Source: Salisapilia sapeloensis CBS 127946 (Eukaryota; Protista; Oomycota). From it: a stretch of DNA of 64,000 nucleotides. This document shows positions 1-10,700 of the stretch, one piece after another. Under the pieces are notes generated by a model. That model searched no databases, had not been told where the DNA came from, and worked only from the letters and a program-made list of their open reading frames with translations. Where the stretch lies: the NCBI GenBank assembly GCA_023334545.1, contig JAADVB010000059.1:19524-83523 (forward strand), given 5' to 3'. Both the position numbers and the translations under genes were made by a program. How positions within the stretch are numbered: the first letter of the stretch is position 1; the number at the start of each line of letters is the position of its first letter.

Positions 1-2148
1 CTCGTCCTCCACTCTGGTATTGAGCTCGAGAACCAGGAAGAAGCGTTCCAAGTGCACTCTGGTCGAGCGACGAAGATTGTGCTATCGACAAACATTGCCG
101 AGAGTAGTGTGACGATCCCAGATGTTACGCATGTGATTAATTGCGGCGTGGAAAAGAATATTGAAATGCCCAACGCTGGTAGTAGTCATGCAGAAGTGCT
201 AGTGGACGCCTGGTGTTCTCGAGCGTCCGCTAAGCAACGCTCTGGTCGTGCTGGACGTGTCATGCCAGGCACTGCCTTCCATCTCATGCCGGAAGAGTTC
301 TTCACCAAGTGTCTAGCCGAGTACTCGACGCCTGAGATCTTGCGTAAGCCCCTTGATCGAACGATTTTGCTATTGAAAGCCAAGATGAAGGATTATGGTA
401 TCCCGAGTGATCTCTTAGCCGAGACACTGAATGCGCCGAGTAAGCAAAATGTCGCTGGTGCATACAGACTGTTGGCTCGACATGAAGCGTTGGATAGTGA
501 CATCGAGACGAAGGCGGAGATGACTCGCTTTGGTGAATTCGTATGCCACATCCCGTTGAGCCTAGAGCTCTGTCGATTGTTGATGACAGGTATGTTCGTA
601 TCGACAAAGGAGGAAAAAAGTAGTAAGCAAAGCTCTTGGAGGATACTACTGCACACTGTCATTCTCGTAGCTATCCTATCAGCTGAAGATCTCTTCACGA
701 AACCGTCGTTCTACCACGCACACAGTCCTTCTAGCTACATGGAAGACATGAAAGAAAATTTAGCTGCGAAGATGGGTCTGGATAAAGGTGAGTGGAGTGA
801 ACCACTATCTATGTGGGCATTCTATTGCCAGATCTTGAGCACGAAACCGAAGGGATTGCAGGATCGTAGGTGGAAGATTGCCTTGACGAAGAACTGCATC
901 TCCCATCGTCGTTTCCAGACACTCAACTTTATAGTATCAGACATTTGTGGTCGACTGGTGAGACTCGCGAGGCGAGAGGAAGGCCGGTTTGGTCAGATGC
1001 TGGATGAAGGAGCGGTCAAGATGCTCGGGAAGCTCGAGAACTATGCTTCCTCTCAGAATGCATCCGACCCGCAGCTCGTGCAAATGGCAAAGAAAGCGTT
1101 GCAGACCAACGGGGATGGACGACAGATCACACAAGCACTTCGGTTCCTCATCGTGCATAACTTTGATGAAAACTTGATCGTCGGCAAATTCCAACCGTCG
1201 AATGCGAAGAAGTCACAAAGTGATACAGAGGAAGCGACGTTGAAACTAGGCAAGGAAGAAGCTGCGAGCTTTGCTTCGTTAAAGAGTGGGGAGAAGATGT
1301 ATATGTTTGATCAGCTAGCAACGCAAGAGGAGAATGTCATCAAGGCAGTGCAAGAACAACCGACGAAAATCCGAATTACATTCAAGGCCAATCCTCCGAC
1401 GTCATCGGATATCGCGCCAGAATTTGCACTCCCGTCATTACCTATCTCTCTCTTGCACTATGTTGTCGAGAAGGGCTTCCCCGTCAACCTCGGACGAGTC
1501 GTCTCGCAGGATACGGAGCACAGTCATCGCTTCCGACTGGGAGAGACGTCGACGTGCAAAGTGACGTGGTCGCCGGTTGCCAAGCAGGGCAGTGTCTACA
1601 CTACAAGTCGGAGTCTATTTGGTCTGCCGCTGCGTAACTCGGAGGCGACGCAGAAGAAGCAGGCACAGACGCAGTTCCGAGCTGTGTATGCCGAACGGAC
1701 GTATCTTGGTGACGAGTCCAAGATGCATGCTGGTAAATGCACGTTGCTGCCGTCGGGTTCGGCAGGCTACTTTCCCATCTTGCTGCTACTGACGGCGCGT
1801 CGTGGCAAGGGAGTGTTCATCCACGTTGGACAGACGACTGGACAGATTCTGGCTGTGACATTGAATGCTGTCACCACTGCGACGATGCCGAAGGGGTATG
1901 CACTGGATTGTTCAGTGCTGGATCCAATCAATACCTGCCGTCAAGCACTATCGGACTCTTTCAATGCGAACTCGGAGTCGGACCGATTGGCCATGGAGCA
2001 CATCCTTGCATTCACCGACGATGCCAACTACGTCGTGAAGAAATCCGAAGATACATTCAAGATGGTTAAGCTCAATATGGCAGGTAGACCAGCAAGTAAG
2101 GAGGGTGAGGAGACATTTGAGAGTCGATACCCTCCCTTCGTGGGTTAA
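1..2148 (+). CDS. DExH/DEAH-box RNA helicase, C-terminal part (HELICc + HA2 + C-terminal extension); 5' end lies outside the window
   Basis: Frame is open from base 1 (LVLHSGIELENQEEAF). Motif V region STNIAESSVTIPDV and motif VI QRSGRAGR are present, followed by an HA2-like segment (MTRFGEFVCHIPLSLELCRLL). Confidence 0.85.
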   Translation, partial: LVLHSGIELENQEEAFQVHSGRATKIVLSTNIAESSVTIPDVTHVINCGVEKNIEMPNAGSSHAEVLVDAWCSRASAKQRSGRAGRVMPGTAFHLMPEEFFTKCLAEYSTPEILRKPLDRTILLLKAKMKDYGIPSDLLAETLNAPSKQNVAGAYRLLARHEALDSDIETKAEMTRFGEFVCHIPLSLELCRLLMTGMFVSTKEEKSSKQSSWRILLHTVILVAILSAEDLFTKPSFYHAHSPSSYMEDMKENLAAKMGLDKGEWSEPLSMWAFYCQILSTKPKGLQDRRWKIALTKNCISHRRFQTLNFIVSDICGRLVRLARREEGRFGQMLDEGAVKMLGKLENYASSQNASDPQLVQMAKKALQTNGDGRQITQALRFLIVHNFDENLIVGKFQPSNAKKSQSDTEEATLKLGKEEAASFASLKSGEKMYMFDQLATQEENVIKAVQEQPTKIRITFKANPPTSSDIAPEFALPSLPISLLHYVVEKGFPVNLGRVVSQDTEHSHRFRLGETSTCKVTWSPVAKQGSVYTTSRSLFGLPLRNSEATQKKQAQTQFRAVYAERTYLGDESKMHAGKCTLLPSGSAGYFPILLLLTARRGKGVFIHVGQTTGQILAVTLNAVTTATMPKGYALDCSVLDPINTCRQALSDSFNANSESDRLAMEHILAFTDDANYVVKKSEDTFKMVKLNMAGRPASKEGEETFESRYPPFVG

Positions 2149-2281
2149 ATAGGTACTTTGGTACGAGAATGAACGTCTATCTTTTCCATCTAACTACATT
2201 CCGCTTCGTCTTCATGACCTGTCAATTCGTGATGTCGCGCGTAATCAAGTGGATTGACCTGTCTCATTTCTGAAATAGACC

Positions 2282-3100
2282 ATGATTGGGATTGCTGGAG
2301 GCGCCGGACCTGCGGCTGGTATTCTGCTGCAGCAGACGATTTTGAACCAGACCAAGAGTCACGGACGAGACCAAGGTCACCTGCCAGTGACGCATATATC
2401 TAGACCGGCGGACATTGCAGAGCGTGTGAGCTACTTGCTGCCCACGGAGGATGGCAAACCGCGAGGTGAGAGTCCCGCAATCGGCATGGCAAAGACGTTT
2501 AAGTTGCTACGTGCGACGGCCGAGGCTTCGGATGAGCCACTGGTTGTCGGCGTCGCATGCTGTACGTTCCACGCGAAACGGACGTGGAAAGAGTTTTGCG
2601 ACTTGATCGAGTTCGACAATCTCGTCCACGCCTCACCGTCTGTCAAGTGCCTAAACATTGTCGACGAGACCATCCACTTCATTAGACAAGAGCTGCCTTC
2701 GTGCAAGAAAGTGGGCATTCTCTCGACGACTGGCACGCGCATCGCTGGCGTGTTCGAAGATATTGAAGCTGCTGGCTTTGCCATCACCCAAGTCCCGGAG
2801 TCCATGCAAAGCGAAGTGCAGGACACGATTTCCAATCCCGAGTGGGGCATCAAGAGCTGTGCACCGAACACAAACCAGCGATGCATTGACAATTGTAAAA
2901 AGTTTGCTCGTCAGCTCATCGCTGATGGTGCCGACATCATCGTCTTAGGTTGCACGGAACTTCCGTTTGGTTTCCAAGCAAGCACAAGTGATGAAGTACC
3001 GCTGTTCGAAGGAGCAAGACTCCTTGATCCGATGGTTCCTCTCGCTCGTGCGCTTATACGAGAGACGGACCCGACGAAGCTGAAACCACTTCCAACATAG
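2282..3100 (+). CDS. Aspartate/glutamate racemase family protein (PLP-independent, two-Cys type)
   Basis: N-terminal IGIAGGAGPAAG (cf. GxxGGMGP), DQGHLP, first catalytic Cys in ACCTFH, KVGILSTTGT, second catalytic Cys in LGCTELP. Intronless, 272 aa. Confidence 0.85.
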   Translation: MIGIAGGAGPAAGILLQQTILNQTKSHGRDQGHLPVTHISRPADIAERVSYLLPTEDGKPRGESPAIGMAKTFKLLRATAEASDEPLVVGVACCTFHAKRTWKEFCDLIEFDNLVHASPSVKCLNIVDETIHFIRQELPSCKKVGILSTTGTRIAGVFEDIEAAGFAITQVPESMQSEVQDTISNPEWGIKSCAPNTNQRCIDNCKKFARQLIADGADIIVLGCTELPFGFQASTSDEVPLFEGARLLDPMVPLARALIRETDPTKLKPLPT

Positions 3101-3156
3101 AATATCCAAAACGAATGAAGAAAATCATGTTCGATCAAACTACCCATACAATCGAC

Positions 3157-6100
3157 CTACTCAAAGTCACTGTCGTCACCATCCTCCATCTCTTCAAATT
3201 CGCTACTGTGCCCACCATCATCCTCGTCGCTCACCAAGTCCGTGTACACGACAGGTTTCTTCGCTCGACCTGCTCGTCGAGGTGCAATCGGCGCAACCTC
3301 CTCCACTTCTTCTTCACTGCCACTCTCCTGCTTCTTGCTAGCAGGCTTTGACTTTGGTTTTGCTTGACTCTTCGAACCATTCGCCTTCGTGCCATTCGCC
3401 TTCGCACCATTTGCTGGAGCTTTCTTAGGCGTGTTGCTCGGTCGCTTGGCAAGTCGTTCCGCCAACGACAAGTTCTCCACTTCCTCTTCTGAAGACTCTT
3501 TCATAGGCTCTTCCTTCAGCTCTTCCTTTGCTTCTTCCTTCGGTTTAGCTTCAAAGAAGTTTGCGATGCTCGACTTGGTTTTTGGAGCAGCAGGAGGCTT
3601 GGGCTTCGCCGTCATCTTTGGTTTTGCCGCTGTCTTGGGCTTCGCAGGCGATTTCGGTTTCGCCGGTGCTCTCCGTTTCTTCGGTCTCTCTTCATAGTCC
3701 GAGTCTTCACCATCCTTCTTCCGCTTCGTCTTCTTCGGACGCACCTTTTGCACCTTGGACTGCATTTCGACTCGTGTTTCCTCCGTCTCGACAATCATCT
3801 GCTCAAGCTTTTCCAAATCATTCAGCCATAGACTATCTACCGCCGTCGCATCCAACTCGGCATACTCTCTTCGTCTCTCTTCCACCTCCGACTTGAGTTT
3901 ATCGACTCTTTCCTTGGTCAAACTCCAGATCTTTAACGACAGCAAGTAATCGTATCCCTTGGCAGCTTCCCCTACATCCGTCTCATCATCACTTGACTCC
4001 GACTCCTCCTTCTTACTACTCGCCTGGGATTTGATCTGGTCGTAGCCTTCGTCCAGAAGCTGTTGCAAGATATCTTCTCGCTTCCGATTGCTCACGATCA
4101 TCTGACCTTCTACGACTGCAAGCACGAAGCGAGCTTTATTCGACAGCAACTTGATTTGGAACGCTAGCTTACTTAGCATTGATTCCTTCCGCTTCGCATA
4201 AAAGTCCAGACGCAAGTCGTAGAACTCATCAATGACTTCATGCGGGTTCTTGTACTTTTGAATCTGTCCTTCATGATCAAACATGTGCATATTGGACGTC
4301 GATAATGTCGTTTCGAGTTTAAATTGCTTGATAATACCACCTGGAGCTTCCCGAATCGACTTGAGTCGATTCGGATCCAATGTCAACGTAAAGAGGACTT
4401 TGCTTTCTGTATGATTCTCCTTGAACTCTTTCACCACTTCCTTCTCCACCAGTGATTCTAAAAACGTCTTGTATGGTTGTGTCCACGTACGAATGGGTAA
4501 CTCGGTGATCACGAGTGTACTCTCATCCGGTTCTTCATAAGTGCCTTGGACGACGAATGTCTTGCCGCCATCTCGGTTATTCGTCGGCTTGGCAAAGATC
4601 TGACCAGAGAAACCACGATACCAAGGTACAAGTTCCTCCATCTCTTCTCCCTTCAACTTCTTTCTCAAGTTTGCAATCAAGTCTAATGGGTTGTAGTTCG
4701 GGATGGTGCACGACCAACCTGTACCAATACCTTCATTCCCGTTCACGAGTGCCATGGGGATCACTGGCATGAACCATTCCGGCTCAATCGTTTCTCCATC
4801 TTCTTGTAGATGGTTTAGGATGTCGTTATCTAACGGATCAAAGATACAGCGAGAGAGTTGCTCGAGGTTTGTGAAAATATAACGCGGACTAGCGGCATCT
4901 CGTCCGCCCATCAAACGCGTACCGAATTGACCGTTCGGAGACAAGAGATGGATGTTGTTGCTACCTACAAAGTCTTGTGCCATGTTCACGATCGTCGCGT
5001 GAAGACTATTCTCGCCGTGATGGTACGCAGTGTGCTCTGCGACGTAACCAGCGAGCTGTGCGACCTTGATCTCGACCTTTAAATTGCGTTTAAAGCATGC
5101 GTACAACACCTTCCGTTGGGACGGTTTAAACCCATCAACAACGCTCGGAATCGATCGCAAGTTGTCTGCCATGGAAAAGAGGATGAGCTCTTTGTTCACA
5201 AAGTCCGCGTACGGGATTTCGCTCACGTCGTGGTCAATATGATCGCCCAAAGTGTATCCACGCAGCCAATCCTTGCGTTCCTCCACGCGCTTCTTACTGA
5301 AAGCCATATCGATCGAGTCTCCATCCGCTTCTTCACCATACACAAAGTCGATCTGATGCTTGCCCAAGTCGGAAAAGTACTCTTTCGCCTCGGCATTGGA
5401 GCTCGTACCGAGACCTTTATAGTACTTGATTTTCCATCCACGTCCGTGATTCGTACTCTCACGCCATGCTTCGTACTCTGGCATGGTAAAGAACACTTTC
5501 TTCTGCGTACCTTTAGTGCATTTGACAATCGGCGTAATAAACTCTTGCAAAAAGCCTTCGATACGTAGCAAGGATGGCCAAAAGTGATGGATAAAGTTGA
5601 TCACGAGACCTTTGATGTGGCTACCGTCGTGATCTTGATCTGTCATCACCATCAAGTGACCATATCGCAGACTCTTCGTGTTGTCGTACGTCTCGCCGAC
5701 CCTCAGTCCGAGGATCTTGATCAAGTTCTGGATCTCTGCGTTTTCCATAATCTGCTTATGACTCGCTTCTCGAACGTTCAAAAGCTTTCCACGGAGAGGG
5801 AAGACACCGTACTTGTCTCTACCGACGACTGCCAAACCACCAACAGCAGTACTCTTGGCTGAGTCCCCTTCCGTCAGAATCAACGTACATTCTTTTCCTT
5901 TAGCTGTGCCAGCCCAATTCGCATCATCCAGCTTCGGGATACCAAGTAGCTTGACTTTGCGACCACTGCTGCCACCCTTTCGGCGTAGTGCAGCGGTTTG
6001 TTTAAACTCGGCAAAAGAAAGAATGCGATCCACAATGCCACTTTTTGCGATTTTTTTCATAAATCCATCGCTCAAAGTATACGTCGATCCAAATGAATTC

Positions 6101-7540
6101 GGACGAGTCGTAAGTGTTTCCTTGGTCTGAGAGTCAAAAGCTGGATTCTCGATCAAGGCATTTACGTACACCATGAGATGATTTTTAATATACGAAGGTT
6201 TGACGCCGTCATTCTTCTTCTTCACGGCAGCACTGAGCTTGGCTGTGATCTGGTCTGTGATATAGTTCACGTGCTGTCCGCCTTTCGTGGTACAAATGCC
6301 GTTCACAAAGCTGATTTGTTGGAAACTGTCGTCACTAAGTGCAACTCCGACTTGCCATCTCTCACCCGGCTTGTCGAAGAACACCTCGGGTTCACTATTT
6401 GAGGCGTCTCCAGATTTTGTGCCACTTGGAGAAGGATACATCTTTACATACTCTGCAAACGTACGCACAGGCACGAGTTCACCGTTCAAGTAGACCTTGA
6501 GCGACTTATCAGATACGCCAGCAATATCGTAAACGCGCTTTTTAAAGAGCGCAATGATATCTCTATCCAGCTTGTCCATTTGGAAACGCTCCAGATCGGG
6601 TTTGAATGAAATGCAAGTGTAATCCTTTTTAGACCACGAAGTGATCTTCGGCTTGTTAATCTTCCCCATATTGTCCGTAAAAACTTGCTTGTACTTGAGT
6701 TGGTTGCTCTTGTCTGCTGTCTCTACGGTGAATTCTGTCGAAAAAATATTCGCAAGCTTTGCACCATATCCATTCCGTCCTCCCGTTGTCTTCTTCTGCT
6801 TGTCGTTAAAATTGCTGCCCGTAAGCAAGTTACCAAAGATAAGCTCTGGCACATACACTTTGTGCTCTTTGTGCATGACGACTGGGATACCGCTACCATT
6901 ATTCCAAACAGAAATGCGATTATCCTCAGAACTAATGTCCACTTTCAAAGTGTTCATCGTCTTGTCGCGTTGCTTATTATCGTACGCATTGACAATAATT
7001 TCGTCAAAAATCTTGTACAAACCAGGGATCTACACGTACATCGAGCACTTAGTCATAAGCGATCAACCAATTATTTAAGCAATACTTACAAACGTGATCT
7101 TTCGGTATTCCATCTTCTTACTTTCATCGTCAAAGACCCACATGTCCTGTGTCACGTGCTCCGTCGACCCAACGTACGTGTCCGGTCGCAAGAGAATGTG
7201 TTCGATAGGAGTCTTCTTCTGGTAGATTTCCTCTACACTTTGCCCATTCTCGTCTACGCCAGTACCATCCATGGCGTCATCTTCATCGTCACCACTCGAC
7301 TGCTTGCTACCACCCGTTTTCTTACTCGTAGCACCAGTCAACGTCGTCTGCTTTGTCTTAGCCGGAGCTTTCTTTTTCGCAGGCTGCTTCTTTGGTGGAG
7401 GAGATGCCTCGTAGTCGCTCACATCCTCCTCTCCGTCCGACGAGATTTCGTATGCCTACGTTCACATATCACAAGGTCATATATACAGCTATAGGGTAGA
7501 ACTACAATGTAGGTTAGAGGTATACCTCTTCAGAATCCAT
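3157..7540 (-). CDS. TOP2: DNA topoisomerase II (type IIA); exons 7540-7526, 7455-7090, 7029-3157
   Basis: YQKKTPIEHILLRPDTYVGS, spliced ITF|IPGLYKIFDEI, GGRNGYGAKL, TEGDSA, PLRGK, MTDQDHDGSHIKGL, YKGLGTS and ASPRYIF (catalytic Tyr). Acidic/basic CTD with PAKPK repeats. Both introns are canonical GT-AG (70 and 60 nt) and in frame. Confidence 0.97.
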
Positions 7541-7764
7541 GGATACCCTGTCAAGTAGATCGGACGATGCTGCGGTACTTGCGCCAACTGCAACGTTTTC
7601 AAAATGCGGCGCGTAGTTCAAATTTATAAAGTGGGTTTAAATTAGTAGTAGGAAAAGGTACCTTTACTATATGAATTTGACGGATGCAAGAGCAGAATAG
7701 AATGATAGTGGAGCAATTTAGTTTAGATGATAAGATCATGAAGCGTCGTGATAAGAATCGAAGC

Positions 7765-10700
7765 ATGACGCTGAAAAGCTTTTGGACGACATCCTTTTGC
7801 TTTGCGCTCTTCGTTTCCTGTACGCTTTATATGCCTTTGTATGGAGAAGAGGATGTGACTTCTATGCTGTATTCGTCGAGTCGATGCACAGAAGTGTCTC
7901 GAACGAACGCATGCCGAAATTATGAACGTTGCAAGGAAACTCATCGATGTGCACGAGGAGTGGAAGGTATATTCCTTTTGAATGGTCTTCATTTTTTCGA
8001 TTAATCAGTTTTGTACGTAGAGTATCGTATAAGAGAAGCACAACTTCATAGTTATACTAATCAATATCCTGGAGGACAGCAACATGCAATCGCTTTATCG
8101 AGCGATTTTGAAGATTGGAAAGCTGGATCGCATCAGTGGGACATTACGCGAGGTAAAGAACGCTATAGTGACTATCTTATACACTGCAAATAATGCTTCG
8201 GACTTGCATTAGTAGACAAAACGAGTGCTTCTACCCATCTCATGGGCTGGGATACATATTCCTTCCCCTTGATCGGATCTCTGGAGCTATCGAAAGGTTA
8301 CCTTCTATTTGACACGGATACAGCCCAGCTATCTGGCGACATGACACTGAATGGAACTATTGCTAAGACAAGAAACGGTACCCTGGTGACTGTTTTCAAC
8401 TTTCTCACAGTTTATCTCGGTCCTGATGTCCGAGTACGATTCAAAGGGCACAACGCGATCGCCATTTTGTCTCGCAGTAGTATGCTTATAAACACCGACA
8501 TGAAAGTACGCCCAGGGACACTAGGAGGCTTTCCTGGTGGCGGCTATGTCGGTTATGATGCTACTAATAACAATCGAAATGGACCAGGAAGTTCAAATGT
8601 ACGAGTGTACGTGGAAACCTTGTCGACATATGCTACCCATGTACCAGAAGTGCAAGAGATTGAAACAATCGTTGGTGAAGGCCAGCGATTAGGAGGCTAT
8701 TTTAGATTATTAGATCATACATCCAGTCTATCAACGTCAAGAATCGATTACGATACGAACGCTGAAACTCTTGAACATATTCTGGAGACTGCATTTTCAA
8801 ATATTGGACAGATACATGTTCATCAGGAACGTGAAGAGGGTGAAATCTGGTCAGAAGTTGGACGCCTATGGAGAATCACGTTTTTAACCGCAGTGGGTAA
8901 TGTACCTCAGCTCCAAGTGGAAAGTAAACTGACAGGAATTGGTGCGGATGTATTGACAAGAACAATACGGGAAGGAAACCAACTTGGAGGGACATTTCAG
9001 CTGCAGTTTCTAAACAAAATAACGAGGCCGCTTGCACATGATGTCAGTGCTCATGACCTTCGTAGTGCTCTTTTACAAGACTTTCCATTCCTTGTGGACG
9101 CAAAAGCTACCAGGACAGATCCATTATCCAGTTGTAATCAAGGATCCACTCTTCCTGATCAAAGGGCAGTATCGACAATGTCCATTTTACAAGATGCTCT
9201 TCTTTATCCATCTAATTGGACTACCCCATCCAAGCAACTAGTGTATGATCCAGAAAGTCTAAAACGCTACCAGGACAGAGTTTGTTCAAATGGCCGTGGG
9301 GGAGCGGATGGGTATGTATGGAAACTTCAGTTGTGGACAAGAGTCGGTAGCAAGTCTTCAACGAGTCCAAAGGCTGATGCTTATGGTCAAATAGACGCTG
9401 TAGAAGAGCTACGTGTCGTCGACAGTGGCCTAAGTGGAGAAGGAGCACTAGCAGAAGTAGTTCATTCGGGCGCATTTACTTTATCTTTCGGTGGTGGTGG
9501 TGCTTCTTTTACAAATACAGGTGGGAACGGATACATTCATGCCCAAATGGATGTAAGAGAGATCTATGCAGATCGATATATTTCGGATTTAATTGCCGGT
9601 AGTGGTGGGAGTGGAGGCGGGACAGAGCCTTTGGACATGTACCCTCTTCTACAACCGCCACTAGGAGGTGCTGGCGCTGGAGCTATGCTACTATCTGCTG
9701 TAAACGATGTTGTCATTGGGTCTCACGGGCGTATTCAAGTAAATGGTGGTAATGGTATGTCCTCCGCAAATGCTGGAGGCGGAGGCTCAGGTGGTACCAT
9801 TCTCATCGTGAGCCAAGGTACTGTCAGCCACCATGGCTCAATACAAGCCGTTGGAGGGCATGGTGGCACTTCATCTTTGCCTTCTACATCAACTTCTCAT
9901 AGATATGCAGGCGGTGGTGGAAGTGGAGGTAGGATCGCCATCTACGCGCAAAGCTACTCTGCATGGGGTGAAGGTACTCTTGAACTCAATGGTGGATCTT
10001 CACAAGACTTGTCACAAAGTGGAGGTAGAGGGACATTGTATATCCATGTGCAGACAAACCTTGCGTATCGTGTAGATCCTACCATAGGTGCTGCCGGAAC
10101 GTTTAAATCACTTTTGGTTAGTGGTGCCGAATCCTATCAGTATGGAAAAGAGGGTTCTTTAGATGGCATGAATCAAATGAGCTTAAATGGACCAAGATAT
10201 CGTATCGACAATGACACACATCGCCGACCGACTCGGATATCATATTTTGTTCGCATCGGGAATTTTGATCATGGCAACATTGGTTCCAATCGCGGTGCAC
10301 TCTTTGGTGTCCATCGAGGTTACGATGATGCTGATAAGGAGGGAGAAGAACTGTTGGTTGGAATTGCTATTGTCAATGGAAACTTTGTATACGAGTCGAA
10401 CACATTTGGATGGCCGCGACGCGTCTTTCAGCGAAAGATAGAGCCTAAGAGATGGTATAAGGTTGACGTGTACCTTAATTGGGACTTGCACCACTACTCT
10501 ATTTACCTAAACGATGTTCTTAAAGTCTATCAGACTCGATTTGACGGAGAGCAAGTATCAGCTATTAGTCTAAATAACTTTCATCCGATGTCTATTTGGT
10601 GGGATGAAATTTATGTCGGTGAAAGCTTCTTGATGAACTTTGTCTGTCCATCCGTGTCACTCTTCCCCTCTTCTATTGAGACGCTCGATGAAACACTTCG

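Noticed and set aside
1-2148. Assignment of the helicase as TDRD9/Spindle-E
   Set aside because: The motifs are compatible but shared by several DExH families; no Tudor domain is recognisable and the N-terminal half is outside the window.
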